Positions 35,507 through 49,105 of a stretch of DNA of 64,000 nucleotides are shown here, one piece after another. The stretch is from Octopus bimaculoides (lineage: Eukaryota). The stretch lies in NCBI RefSeq assembly GCF_001194135.2, contig NC_068983.1:103853205-103917204 (forward strand), in the 5' to 3' direction. The translations under genes were made by a program, and so were the position numbers. The notes below the pieces were generated by a model. That model was not told the DNA's origin, did not search any database, and saw only the letters and a program-made list of their open reading frames with translations. Within the stretch, counting starts at the first letter, position 1; the number at the start of each line of letters is the position of its first letter.

Positions 35507-35970
35507 ATAGTCAGGTCACGTGTGAGGTCTTTCATGAGTACTTCTGGCAATATGGAATCTAGTGCAACCTGTTGCATGGTCAGGTCGTCAGTGACTAAAC
35601 CGGCATCCCACTAGGCTTGCTTGGTGAGGAGGGTTGCTAGAAACCCAGTAGGACTAAAAACGAGACCTGTCAAACGGTCAGATGAACTTAGTATAGGTTC
35701 AACGACTATCTAACAATAGCATGGGCTCACAGAAATTCTGGGCTGGTGTCTAGCATGCTGGAAGACCACTGCGAATGAAGCACGGCTCAGCTTTTGTTAA
35801 AGCATGTCTCCAGGAGAAGGTGACTCTGATATAAAACCAGATATGCAGAGAATGGCACTGAACATTTTGGGAATCTTTTGCTTGTGCTTGAGAACATGGT
35901 GCTCCCACATTCCTGGCACTGGATATCTTGCCCTGGCTGGTTTCTGGATTATGTCAATAAGATGGAGAGG
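35507..35970 (+). mobile_element. Possible 5' region of an RTE-like element
   Basis: GGAGAAGGTGACTCTGATATAAAACC and GGTTGCTAGAAACCCAGTAGGACTAAAAAC resemble RTE 5' UTR motifs; no coding support. Confidence 0.3.
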
Positions 35971-35973
35971 GTT

Positions 35974-37253
35974 GTGAGTGATATATTCCACACAGTTATA
36001 ACAGAGTAGGTGGAGGCGCAATGGCCCAGTGGTTAGGGCAGCGGACTCACGGTCATAGGATCGCGGTTTCGATTCCCAGACCGGGCGTTGTGAGTGTTTA
36101 TTGAGTGAAAACACCTAAAGCTTCACGAGGCTCCGGCAGGGGATGGTGGCGAACCCTGCTGTACTCTTTCACCACAACTTTCTATCACTCTTACTTCCTG
36201 TTTCTGTTGTGCCTGTAATTCAAAGGGTCAGCCTTGTCACACTGTGTCACGTTGAATATCCCCGAGAACTACGTTAAGGGTACACGTGTCTGCGGAGTGC
36301 TCAGCCACTTGCATGTTAATTTCACGAGCAGGCTGTTCCATTGATCGGATCAACTGGAACCCTCAACGTCGTAAGCGATGGTGTGCCAAAAACAACAACA
36401 TAACAGAGTCAACATTTTCTATCAGAATATGGAGGTTTGATGGTCTTTTTATCTCTTGTTTATCAGGTATTTAGTAGCTAGCTCCTCTTCTTGGATAGTG
36501 AAGGCATATCCGTTTAGGTGGGATGTAATGTATCTATTACAGGTCCAGGAGAAGCTACTTTTTCTCTCAATGCTGTGGTTATCCTCCAGCTTACAGGATG
36601 TATGTATATTCTCTTCTGTTTTTAATTATTTAAATTCTTCCTCTGAGGAAGGAGCTGGTTTATAACAAAGATACAAAGCTCCATTTTTGGAATGTAGATA
36701 ACAAAAACAATGTCACATTTTAAACTTGAGAAAAGTCTTGCATATTTTTACTCTTCCATTTACAAATTATAACTGTGATGTGTGAATAAGCTGGTTGATT
36801 TTTTTGATTTTTCTTGAAAACCCTAGCTTATCCAGATTGTCACTGAAGCATTTCACTCACAAAACCAACAGCGCCAATTATTGGTATAAATGTGAATTTA
36901 TAATCTGGATATAGAAGCTGAAGGTCTTAAAGCAGTTGTCTCTCTTTGATTTCCAATGAGACATTCACATCAGAAGGAAAGCTGACCTCTATGATGGTAC
37001 ATACTTATTCTTGTCTATCCCAGACAATAATATCTGGGCTATTTTGTTTACAATTCACAGATGTTTTGATGGGACTGCTCCACCGGTATTCCTTGTGTTG
37101 ATGTCTGTATACATATTCAATAACAGGGGGATACTCTATATGTATTCCTTTTTTTATAAATGTCATTGCATATTGTTTTTCAACAATGTCATATTGCATA
37201 GAGAGGTAGTACCTCAATGACATTTATGGACAGCTGCTAATCATATGTGTGAC
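35974..37253 (-). pseudogene. R4/Dong-like C-terminal region in permuted order, interrupted by SINE-A
   Basis: 37253->36700: VTHMISSCP*MSLRYYLSMQYDIV...SPDIIVWDRQE*VCTIIEVSFPSDVNV...VKICKTFLKFKM*; 36610->35974: ...SWTCNRYITSHLNGYAFTIQEEELATKYLINKR...DRKC*LCYNCVEYITH. Confidence 0.8.
36008..36399 (+). mobile_element. SINE-A subfamily with alternative middle, young, with 10-bp TSD
   Basis: A box TGGCCCAGTGG, B box GTTTCGATTCC, (AAC)n tail; ATAACAGAGT at 35998-36007 and 36400-36409. Confidence 0.9.
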
Positions 37254-38761
37254 ATGAATGTATGTATGTGTGTATGTATGTATGCATATAAATATGTATT
37301 TGTGTTTGAGTGTGTGTATATTTTGTATCTCCTTGTCATGACTTCATGTGTTAGTCGTAAATGAATGCCTCAATCAAAGAAGCAATTCCAAAGTCTTATT
37401 CCAGACACAGAACACTATCAACAATAATACAATGGAAAATCACCATCATGTCAGCTGCGAAGTCAAAATGTTACTTACTTGATAATTGTTACTTCACCAT
37501 TGGGAAATTAAACAATGGTATTTCATTTCCCAACATATTTTCTCTAGAATGTTTAACAAAGATAATAAATGAACCAGTGAGCAAGTCTTTATACAGTTGC
37601 TCAATCTACTGAAAACAGCAGTCAAATCTTCTATTCCTCAAATCACAATTTACAACTTTAAAATAGATGGACACATTTCATAATGTAGTTTTAGATAAAC
37701 TCACTCATATCTGGAAATAAAATGGGATGGTCATGACTGGATATCTTTGATTGTAAATCTACATGACCAGATCCAATTGTTAAAAATAACAACAAAGTTA
37801 AACTCTAAAAGTTTGATATGGATAACAGCAACCATTTGTTTATTTATTTATTTATTTAATATATTGTTTATTCATTTCTGTTATGGGGATAATAGCAGAG
37901 AGGTGACTTGGTGATGATGACGAAAGATGAATTCAAGAAAAGGCTTCTTTCATTAGGTTTACACATGCCCTAAGCTTCATTGCATGCATGTATCTCTGAA
38001 ATATGACTGCAGGAAGTTCTCTTTAAGCAGAGAAGGGATGATGTGAGGAAAACAAAATGTCAAATGAAGCGATTAAATTATCAATTCAAAGATAGCAATA
38101 AGTTGACAATCTGAAAGCAAAGAGCCAAAACAGATTGTTACAGAGAGAGAGTGGGGAGAAGAATGGTGGAGGAGGAGGGAGAGGTGGTGTGGTAGCCCAA
38201 GACATTAGGAGGTGAGAGCTGGGTTAAAACAATATGCATTTTTAAGTGACAGCTGTATGGAGTAGAAGCTGTTTGTATATGTGTGAAAGTGAGTGTATGA
38301 TGTGTTTATATGGTATAGATTTATCCACTTGTTAAAACAGTGTATCACCAAGTTAAGTTCTTTGTTTAGTATCAGGTTTCATAATACACACATTCGCACA
38401 CACTGAATGAATGTATTACATCAATAAATATACAAGTTTTAACTTGTATATTTATTGATTTAGAGTGCAGAGTCCAGGCTTTTAATCACACAGCAAATTT
38501 ATAATGTCATATGTGCATACATATGTGCACGTTCACACACACACACACATTTGAGCAGCAGTCATTGAGTTGAATAACTAGAAATTTTCTCTTTTCAGAT
38601 GAAATAAATGCAAGTTAAACAAAAATTTCTAATATCAGTTGTGATCTGTGTTTAAATGCACACCATTTCTCTTTGTAAAAAAAGCTTTCTTTTTTTCTCA
38701 ATGACTCCATGACAATTAACGAAATCACAGCATTAATATCTATAATAAATTTTGATGAATT

Positions 38762-38815
38762 TTAATGATGATGATGATGTTGAGGACGATGATGAGGAGG
38801 AAGATGATGATGACA

Positions 38816-38881
<66 letters not shown>

Positions 38882-38919
38882 TTGAGGATGATGATGGTGA
38901 TGATGACGATGATAATGAT

Positions 38920-38951
<32 letters not shown>

Positions 38952-39038
38952 ATGATGATGATATGATGATGATGGTGGTGGTGGTGGTGGTGGTGGTGGT
39001 GATAACGATGGCACTGAGTGTGATAGCAGTGGTGGTGA

Positions 39039-39077
<39 letters not shown>

Positions 39078-39177
39078 TGGTGGTGATGGTGGTGGTGGTG
39101 GTGGTGGTGGTGGTGGTGGTGATAACGATGGCACTGAGTGTGATAGCAGTGGTGGTGATAGTAGTAGTAGTAGTAGT
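38762..39177. repeat. Compound (GAT)n/(GGT)n/(GTA)n array with higher-order repeat
   Basis: GATAACGATGGCACTGAGTGTGATAGCAGTGGTGGTGATAG occurs at about 39000 and 39120. Confidence 0.9.
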
Positions 39178-39885
39178 NNNNNNNNNNNNNNNNNNNNNNN
39201 NNNNNNNNNNNNNNNNNNNNNNNNNNNNNNNNNNNNNNNNNNNNNNNNNNNNNNNNNNNNNNNNNNNNNNNNNNNNNNNNNNNNNNNNNNNNNNNNNNNN
39301 NNNNNNNNNNNNNNNNNNNNNNNNNNNNNNNNNNNNNNNNNNNNNNNNNNNNNNNNNNNNNNNNNNNNNNNNNNNNNNNNNNNNNNNNNNNNNNNNNNNN
39401 NNNNNNNNNNNNNNNNNNNNNNNNNNNNNNNNNNNNNNNNNNNNNNNNNNNNNNNNNNNNNNNNNNNNNNNNNNNNNNNNNNNNNNNNNNNNNNNNNNNN
39501 NNNNNNNNNNNNNNNNNNNNNNNNNNNNNNNNNNNNNNNNNNNNNNNNNNNNNNNNNNNNNNNNNNNNNNNNNNNNNNNNNNNNNNNNNNNNNNNNNNNN
39601 NNNNNNNNNNNNNNNNNNNNNNNNNNNNNNNNNNNNNNNNNNNNNNNNNNNNNNNNNNNNNNNNNNNNNNNNNNNNNNNNNNNNNNNNNNNNNNNNNNNN
39701 NNNNNNNNNNNNNNNNNNNNNNNNNNNNNNNNNNNNNNNNNNNNNNNNNNNNNNNNNNNNNNNNNNNNNNNNNNNNNNNNNNNNNNNNNNNNNNNNNNNN
39801 NNNNNNNNNNNNNNNNNNNNNNNNNNNNNNNNNNNNNNNNNNNNNNNNNNNNNNNNNNNNNNNNNNNNNNNNNNNNNNNNNNNNN

Positions 39886-39934
<49 letters not shown>

Positions 39935-40100
39935 TACGACAGGCTTCTTTCAGTTTCCGTCTACCAAATCCACTCACAACGCTTTGGTCGGCCCGAGGCT
40001 ATAGTAGAAAACACTTGCTCAAGGTGCCACGCAGTGGGACTGAACCTAGAACTATGTGGTTGGTAAGCAAGCTACTTATCAGACAGCCACTCCTGCACCT
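39935..40100 (-). mobile_element. SINE-B 5' half
   Basis: CTTCTTTCAGTTTCCGTCTACCAAATCCACTCAC...CAGCCACTCCTGCACC. Confidence 0.9.
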
Positions 40101-40339
40101 ATAAATAGTCCAATAGTATTTTTACTTGTCCCTCTGTTTCCTGAGTTCAAATCCTGCTAGGGTTAATTTTGTCTTGCATTTGTTCTTTTTCTTTTTTTTT
40201 TCTTTTTATCAAACATAAAATAAGTAATATAATCACACTGATTCAGGCCCTTATTTTTTATTCTGTATTCAGTCCCTTACATTTCCTGACAAGAATCAAC
40301 TTTGCGTCTAAACAAATCAATGTTAACATTTATCTTTCC

Positions 40340-40540
40340 CTTGTTTCACTCACTGGACTGTGGCCATGCTGGGGCACTGCCTTGAAGCGTTTTAGTCAAA
40401 TAAATTGACTCCAGTACTTATTTTTAAGCCTAATACTTATTTTATCAGTCTCTTTTGCAAAACTGCGAAGTTATAGGGATGTAAACAAACCAACACTGGT
40501 TGTCAAGTGGTGGTGGGAAGACAACAAACATAAACACAAA

Positions 40541-40579
<39 letters not shown>

Positions 40580-40730
40580 ACAATGGGCTTCTTTCAGTTT
40601 CCATTTACCAAATCCACTCACAAGGCTTTAATCAGAAGACATTTGCCCAAGGTGACGCACAGTGGAACTGAACCCATGGCCACATGGTCCAGAAACAAGC
40701 TTGTTAACCATTTAGCCATACCTGCACCTA
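40340..40730 (-). mobile_element. SINE-B, older
   Basis: GTGGCCATGCTGGGGCACTGCC...(CA)n...CAGCCATACCTGCACC. Confidence 0.8.
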
Positions 40731-42471
40731 TTAGTAAAAAAAAAAATACTGTTTTTTAGTTGCTGTTTTAAGTTGATTTTGCTATTTACAATTTACTGAA
40801 GATACTACATAAAATTACTTGAGTATACAGAGAAAGATATGTGGAGAAGGAAGATTGCATATGAGTCATCAGAGCGTGGATGTCAAATGAAATACTAGTT
40901 TCATTTGGTTTCTGTTCAGACAGTGGTAAAGTACTTTACATATGTGAAACAGTGTAATATTGTACATGCATTCATGATTTCATGATTGCAATGTCATCTA
41001 TGGAGTTGGGTAGAAAGTATAACACAGATCTTCTATTTAAAGACTCTGGTTTTAGTTTCATTATGATAAGAATCACAACAGTGATGATGATAATAATGAT
41101 GATGATGCTCATGATAAGGGTATCAGCAATGATGATAATAATAATGTTAGTGGTGTTTGGTAGGATGATGGCTATAATGTGTGATGTAGTGGTTGTAGTG
41201 GTGATATAAAGGTTAAGCTTGTTATTGTGACTTGAACTCAAACTTGTAAGGTAATGCTACAGAAATGTGTTAACATCTTTGAGCATAACGTGGAAATATG
41301 TAGGTATGAATCCATTTCCCAGCCAGTTACATCAAATGTACCCTTAGCCTTTCTTCTCAGTTCAAAAAGAGGGTTCCCTCCTCAAACTACATTATAGGAT
41401 GTGTCATAGGGAAAAAGTTTCTATGCAGTAAACCAACAAGATTATCGCTATGTCCTGCAGTCACATAGCAAGGATTCTCAGTACCTGAAAGGCAGAGATA
41501 TTCTAGAACAATCATAAGCAAACTACAGGCCAAGGGACTTTCTGAATGGCATACTAAAGAAAAATTAACTCGAATTTTTTTTAGTAGTGTGGCCGCCTGA
41601 TGATGAACCATGTCTCATGTGGCTCATTTCTTGAAAAAGTGTACCAATGCCTGTTCTAGAAGGTTCGCATTTTAATTAGTAGGCATGAGAGGTTACACTT
41701 GTGCGTAGGATAGCTGCCTCTGAGGAAACTGTACTAAAAGCAACTGGCCTTACTTTCCTATTTGCTTTACCTCTGGTGTAGTGAGAGACTATAAGGAAGC
41801 CCAATATCCAATGAGCCAAGGCCATCTCTATGCAGTCACTCAACATACTACAAATATCAGTACAACAGTCGAAGCACTTTCAAATCACATTGTGTTATCG
41901 TGAATAAGTAAAGGAACTATAAGATAGTGTAAATTTAAAAGGACAGGATGTTCACTGCTTGAATGCTTGACCTGGAATTAAAGAACAACAATGACAACAA
42001 CACTGCCATTATAGACAATAATGGCTTTCAGATATGTAACACAATACTTTGCTTCTTCATGACATTAGAGTATTAAGTAAACAAACAAAATGATATTAAA
42101 ATACCTTAAGGCTGTTTATACCCAGATATTATCCTTAAAACAGCAGAAATAATGGGTAAATTACCCTTACAAGGCAGAAAAAGTTGTCAACAAACAGCCA
42201 TGGGGCTTGAACCCACATCCCCCAAGACTCTGTCTGAGTGCATTTCCATACACATTTCAATACTTCTAATAAAAACAAATATAAGTTTGTTTATATTTAT
42301 TCACACATGGTTGTTCAATAAGCTATTTAGCGTTTAAATCGGTGGATGAAGTTGTCAGGGGGCAGTATTTTCAACTGAACATTATCCTTAGAACACTCAT
42401 ATTGAGAGTCTGAGCTGTACCTTTTTGTGAGTAGATTTGTGCTTATGTGTAATGTGTGTGCATGTGTGTGC

Positions 42472-42503
<32 letters not shown>

Positions 42504-43034
42504 ATGTGTGTGTGTGTGTGTGTGTGCGTGAGGGATTGAGAGAGAGAGAGAAAGAGAAAGAGATAGAGGGAGAAAGAGAGAGAAACACTTAGTATCTTTA
42601 ATGTTAAAACAATTTTTCAGAATTACTAAACAGTTTCTTACTTCACCTCTTTTGTTCATTCTCGAACACCATTCATCACTTTTAACACCTACTTCACTGA
42701 ACTTCAGCACTGTATAGAATTCTTCACTTCTTTAATTTGTTTTAGCCACCACAGCTAAGGCCATACTGGAGCACCTCCTTTTGAGTTAAACATTCTTCTG
42801 TATTTTTTTTTTGTCTCTGAGTATAGCCTAACTTCCAATATTTTGCTTATATCTGGCATCTTTGGTTGATGGATTGACAAATCATTGTTAAAAGGTTACT
42901 TCCTATTCTTGTGATTTTGGGGTTCTATTCCACATCATGGCACCTTCAGCAAATGTCTTCTACCATAGCTCCAGGCCAACTAAAGCCATGTGAGTGGATT
43001 TGGTAGGCAGAAACTGAGAGAAGCCTGCCATATT

Positions 43035-43092
<58 letters not shown>

Positions 43093-43514
43093 TGTGTGTG
43101 TGTGTGTCAGTGTGTGTGTGTGTGTGCATGGGGATGTGTGTGTATGTGTGTGTGTGTGTGTATGTGTATTACTGTATATATATGTGGAAGCTGAAATGTT
43201 TGTGTTTATATCCCCTGGTCTTCATAGCAGGCAATTATTGTAAGCAAGTGTCACCCACATACAAACCGTTCCCTTATTTACAATCTCCTACAAAAATATG
43301 TCTGGCCATGGAGAAATGTTACATTGCTCAGAAACAGGTGAAGCAACAGGAGAAGGCATCTGGTATTATAGAAAATCTGCCACACTGAATTTCCTCTGAC
43401 CCATGCAAACACAGAAAAATGGACATTAAAACAATGAGATAATGACAATTGTATCTTTAGTTGGTGGATTAACAAATCAGTGGAGATTTCTCTAATTTGA
43501 TTGTAGCTTTGGTT

Positions 43515-43965
43515 GGTCAATAATGTAGCTTTCAAGTTTTGGCACAAGGTCTGCAATTTCGTGAGAGGGATTGGGTGATTACATTGACCCCAGTGTGCTC
43601 AGTTGGTACTTGTTTTATTGACTCTGAAAGGATGAAAGGCAAAGTCAACCTTGGAGGAATTTGAACTCAGAATGTAAAGACAGATGAAATGCTGCTAAGC
43701 ATTTTGCCTGGTGTGCTAATGATTTTGCTATTGTTAATATTAAAGAAAACCATTAAGGTGGTGAGCTAGCATGAATTGTTAGCATGCCAGGCATAATACT
43801 TAGCAGCATTTCATTCATCTTTGTGTTCTGAGTTCAAATTCCACCAAGGTTGACTTTTCCTTTCATTCTTTCGGGGTCAATAAAATAAGTACCAGTTGAG
43901 TTCTGGGGGTTGGTGTAGTCGACTTATTCCTTCCCCAAAAATTGCTGGCCTTGTGCCAAAAATTT
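43515..43965 (+). mobile_element. SINE-C pair (43515-43730 minus, 43755-43965 plus)
   Basis: GAAAGGATGAAAGGCAAAGTCAACC...GAATTTGAACTCAG, then GAGTTCAAATTCCACCAAGGTTGACTTTTCCTTTCATTCTTTCGGGGTC; divergent (head-to-head) orientation. Confidence 0.8.
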
Positions 43966-44289
43966 GAAACTAATATTAGGGAAAACCATTTTTATAGAAA
44001 TTCTTGATGTGAGAGTTTTAGATAAAAGCTATTTGAGGTCTTACAGTACCATATTCAACTTTCTGGTAATAAAAAATGTTGTTAAATTTCTCCTATTCTA
44101 TGCCACTTTTTCTCTACTTTCTCTCTTTCACTCTCTCTCTCTCTTCTTCTCTTTCTGTGTTTCTGTCTCTCTGTCTATGTTCTGTCTTTCACTCATTCTG
44201 TCAGTCTGTACCATCCATCCCTTCTTTCTCTTGTCTGCTCACTAACTTCTGTCCTGAGCTTTCCATTTATATCTCCACCTGATATATGT

Positions 44290-44600
44290 GAAGTCACGTG
44301 GCTTATTAGTTAGGGTATTCAGCTCATGATCCTGAGATCATGAGTTCAATTCTCAGTGATGCGCTGTGTCCTTGAGCAAGACACTTTATTCCGCGTTGCT
44401 CCAGTCCACTCAGCTGGCAAAAATGAGTGGTACCTGTATTTCAAAGGGCCAGCCATGTCACACTCTGTGTCATACTGAATCTCCCTGAGAACTACATTAA
44501 GGGAACAAATGTCTGTGAAGTGCTCAGCCACTTGCACGTTAATTTCACGAGAGGCTGTTCCATTGATTGGATCAACCAGAACCCTCATCATCATAACCAA
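44290..44600 (+). mobile_element. SINE-A (tail fragment repeated at 44680-44760)
   Basis: GTGTCCTTGAGCAAGACACTTTATTCCGCGTTGCTCCAGTCCACTCAGCTGGCAAAAATGAG. Confidence 0.85.
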
Positions 44601-45998
44601 TAAAGTGCTAATTTCACTCACTGATATCACAGTGTTCTACTTACTTTCTAATACCACAAAGATTTTTGTTTTTCAAAATATGCACATTAATTTCACGAGC
44701 AGGCTGTTCTGTTGATCGGATCAACAGGAACCCTAATCATCGTAACTGATGGAATGCCAGTTAGTTATATTAGTATTTCTAAGTTTTCAAGTTTCAATTT
44801 ATGACTGAAATCAAGTGGTTTCTTTCTTACATTTACAACAACACTAAATAGCTGTGTGTACATAACTCTTTTGCTTCTTTGGAACACATATACACACTCA
44901 CAACAGTAAGGTCAACACACAGAAAGAGAAGGTCAATAATGCAAAATTTCCATAATTCACTCAAAGACATATAGTCATTTCATACATTCCCTTGTGTCAG
45001 GAACTTTTCTTGGTATTGTACACAGTCTAACCTTTTGTCATGTTAGTTTGACTCTAACATCAGTCCATTCTCTCTCCCTTTTAGTATTGTTTTATTCATT
45101 CTACTTCTAATGAGAAACAAGAGATTTCTGTGGAATCTCTTCATGCCAGAAGGACTGAATGGTGTCGGTTTTATCATAATTACTAACAGTATTATTGAGA
45201 TATGTTCATGTGATGGAATAGAATTCTCTCCCTATCATCATATTATTATTATTATCACTGTATGTTTTTTTCATTTTCCAACCTAGTGATTTCAGGTTCA
45301 GTCCCACTGCTTGTCTTTTACTACAGCCCTAAGTCTACCAAAGCCTTGTGAACAGATTTTGTAGATGGAAACTAAAACTAAAACAAGACGTTGTGTGCAT
45401 GTTTATATATATATATATATNNNNNNNNNNNNNNNNNNNNNNNNNNNNNNNNNNNNNNNNNNNNNNNNNNNNNNNNNNNNNNNNNNNNNNNNNNNNNNNN
45501 NNNNNNNNNNNNNNNNNNNNNNNNNNNNNNNNNNNNNNNNNNNNNNNNNNNNNNNNNNNNNNNNNNNNNNNNNNNNNNNNNNNNNNNNNNNNNNNNNNNN
45601 NNNNNNNNNNNNNNNNNNNNNNNNNNNNNNNNNNNNNNNNNNNNNNNNNNNNNNNNNNNNNNNNNNNNNNNNNNNNNNNNNNNNNNNNNNNNNNNNNNNN
45701 NNNNNNNNNNNNNNNNNNNNNNNNNNNNNNNNNNNNNNNNNNNNNNNNNNNNNNNNNNNNNNNNNNNNNNNNNNNNNNNNNNNNNNNNNNNNNNNNNNNN
45801 NNNNNNNNNNNNNNNNNNNNNNNNNNNNNNNNNNNNNNNNNNNNNNNNNNNNNNNNNNNNNNNNNNNNNNNNNNNNNNNNNNNNNNNNNNNNAAATCATC
45901 AAACCGATTAAATATCCTCACTATTATTATTACACATGTATAACTGTAAAACTGTATATACATATATATATACATATATATATTTATATACATACATA

Positions 45999-46785
45999 CA
46001 GGGTGGAGTAAAAAAACTGTCGGCTAAATTACGCAAAAAGGAAAATAAAAATGACATTTCATTTTAATAGATATATTTACCAAAATTACATAAAATTATC
46101 CTGAAATACTAAAGAGTAAATTTATTCAATAAAATTGCCATTGGCTTCAAACGCAGCCTCCAGACGATTTTGGAATCTCCTGCAACTCTTCTGGATGGTC
46201 TCCTTGTTTAAGTTGGTGAATGCTGCCATAATCCTTGCTTTCAGTTCATCTTTGGTGTTACAAGGAGTTTTGTTGGTCTCTCACTCAACTGTGCTCCACA
46301 CATAATAAGCAAGAGGATTGCAGTCTGTGGAGTTAGGTGGCCAGATGTCAGGTGTGGTGTCTGACAGTCATGACTAGGTTTTCTTGCATGTGTGCCATGG
46401 TGCAGAGTCCTGTTGTCAGACATAGGGTCTTTCAGCAGCCGTCCTCTTGACTCAGGGCAGTACTACCTCCTCCAGGCACTTGATGTAGGCCTCTGTGTTG
46501 AGTGTGAGGCCATGTGGGAAGATGAATAGGGGCATAATGTCACCATCATTAGTGATCATTCCAAACACCATGAAGTTGACTGAATCTTTGATTTTTATCC
46601 TTCTTGGTACATGTTTTGAGATTGACTTTCAACACTTTGAAATGTTTGTATTGGAGTTTCTAATAAAATGCCAAGCAGTACAGCATGTCGTTTCCAAATT
46701 TCTGGCAGAGTGAATTGTATCATGGTGCTGTTTTTCTCACAGGCAGTGCCCAACTACCCCTACTATACTGTGTAGTTGACAATAT
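45999..46785 (-). pseudogene. DD37D/maT-family transposon, internally deleted copy of 55851-57097
   Basis: TA|CAGGGTGG TIR; aligns to 56460-57097 and 55915-56020 in reverse complement. Confidence 0.85.
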
Positions 46786-47173
46786 ATATATATATATATG
46801 AGTAGAATTTAGGACAGTTGAAATGTTTGTCACATATTTCAATTGCTAAAAGGGTGCTCTACTGGCACAAATCATTTAATGTGTTGACTGAATTATATAT
46901 AAAGCTACAGCTTTATCAAGTTCATTCAGAGTTTGCTCTCTTGGGTAGATCTCATTGACAAGAGTCAAAAACTCGAAACATCGCGGTCTGGGATTGCTAA
47001 AAAATGGCGACACTGAACAAACTTGGTGTTTTCACATCTTTTACCACAAGAGAGATTTTTCTCCATGGTAACCGTAGTGTATTTGCCTTTTAGGTGTTGA
47101 AGTAGGCAACAAACATATTTCAACAAGCCTAAATTCTGTTCATACCTTAACACTGCTTGGCGCTAATGGTTTG

Positions 47174-47278
<105 letters not shown>

Positions 47279-48334
47279 TAGGTAGATAGATAGATAGATG
47301 GATAGATAGATAGATAGATAGACTGTTAGATAGATGGGGGTAATGTGTAGGTTTCTGTGACTCTTGGTCTTGACATCATGCCATAGCTGTAAATGAATGT
47401 TACCCTCGTACAAACTATGTCACTTGCTTCAAATCTTCTGCGTAAACATGTTTAGCCATAAGGAAATTATACTTTGCTTGGAAACAGGTGAAGCATCAAG
47501 AAAGGTTTTAGAAAATCTGTCACAATGAACTCCTGCTGATTTATACAAGTATGGAAAAGTGAGTGTTAAAATGATGACGATGATGACGACAATCATGGCA
47601 ACAATGAGGGCAGTGACCGAAACAACAATGGCAATGATGACAATACTGATAACAACAATGATGACAACAATGACATATAAATTTGAAAAGCGTTTCTCTG
47701 AGTCTTGATTCTGCAACATTTCTTCACTGAGCTACTCTGTTCCCAAACCTGTTTAGAGTACTCTTCCTAAGGTTTCTTCTGTATCTCTTAATACAACATA
47801 CCTCATACATATGTACCATTGAATTTCAGTAGATTTTTCAACTCACTTATATTTGGGTTGGGGTTTTTTTGCATAATGTCCGATATATAGTAGACAACTT
47901 GTTTCTCTTTATATGAAACCAGTTCTCTGTATCCACTGACCATATCTTCCTGGTATACACCATTATTTCTTGTACATATGTATTTTTTAACTCATATAAT
48001 CTACCATTTAATTAGTGATAAAGCTGAAAACTGATATCCAGAGTATGGAGCAAGGAAGAATAGGAACAAAGTTTGGTTAAGGCCTAAATTAACTGGTTGG
48101 ACAACTAGCAGTGTTATCATGAGATTGATATAATAAACTTATTGAAATATGTTAATTCAGAGGCTGATATTGGAAGCAAGATCGGCAATGTATTAAACAG
48201 AAGCACATCATGTTATTGAAATATTACAGATAGCCATAAGTCATGAATAGCCAATTCAAGAAAATATTAGACAATGATAAAGAAGATGGCAGTTCATATC
48301 CTCTCACTGATACTTTTTCATTGTCTCTGTCAGA

Positions 48335-48540
48335 GTTTAGAGTTGTCAGCATGCTGGACAAAATATTTATCAACATTTCATCTGTCTTTCTGTCTTAATG
48401 TTCTGAGCTCAAATTCTGCCAAGGTCAGCTTTGCCTGTCATCCTTTCAGGGTTGATAAAATAAGCACCAGTCAAGCACTGGAGTCAATGTAACCAACTAG
48501 CCCCCTCCCACAAATTTCAGGCTTTGTGCACATAGTAGAA
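48335..48540 (+). mobile_element. SINE-C, older
   Basis: GAGCTCAAATTCTGCCAAGGTCAGCTTTGCCTGTCATCCTTTCAGGGTTGATAAAATAAGCACCAG. Confidence 0.75.
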
Positions 48541-48900
48541 AGAAGTATCTATGTCAGAGACTTTTGACTGTCAGAAACTGAGTCTATCTCAATATTAGTT
48601 GTTGTGTAGCCCTAGGTCAGATTGGACTGATTAAGATATATGGTATGTGGGTTGATGGCCAAATTTGGTGCAACTCTTCGATTCATCTTCTTTGTTATAC
48701 CTTGTCTCTGCTTAACAGAGAACCATACTGCAGATTCTAACATGTAGTGATGAATTTACAAAGGGTGCATTATGACAATCTGGACATACTACACTCTCTC
48801 TACTGTCCTGGCTATTTCTATTTGCTCGTAACTTCTGGTGGTGGCAACAACAGTAGCTAACAAGGTGGAGCCAACCAGAGGGTGACAGTTCCTCCTCCTC

Positions 48901-48942
<42 letters not shown>

Positions 48943-48974
48943 TTACTACTACTACTATTACTACTACTACTACT

Positions 48975-49105
48975 ACTCCTTTAAAGTCCGTTTTCCATGC
49001 TGGTATGGGTTGGACAGTTTGACCAGAGCTGGCAAGCCGGAAAGCTGCATCAGGTTCTGATTTGGCTTGTTTTCTACTGTGGGATGCCCTCCCTAATGCC
49101 AATCA
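48975..49105 (-). mobile_element. SINE-D 3' end
   Basis: TTTTCCATGCTGGTATGGGTTGGACAG...GGATGCCCTCCCTAATGCCAATC. Confidence 0.7.

Noticed and set aside
36015-36090. tRNA-like sequence with A and B boxes
   Set aside because: No proper acceptor stem; it continues into a SINE body and is flanked by a TSD, so it is a SINE head and not a tRNA gene. The same applies to all SINE heads here.
37885-37960. Possible small host exons (also about 34210-34280, 42330-42430, 48715-48765, 53370-53560)
   Set aside because: Short open frames with weak or missing splice signals and no recognisable protein similarity; would need RNA-seq.
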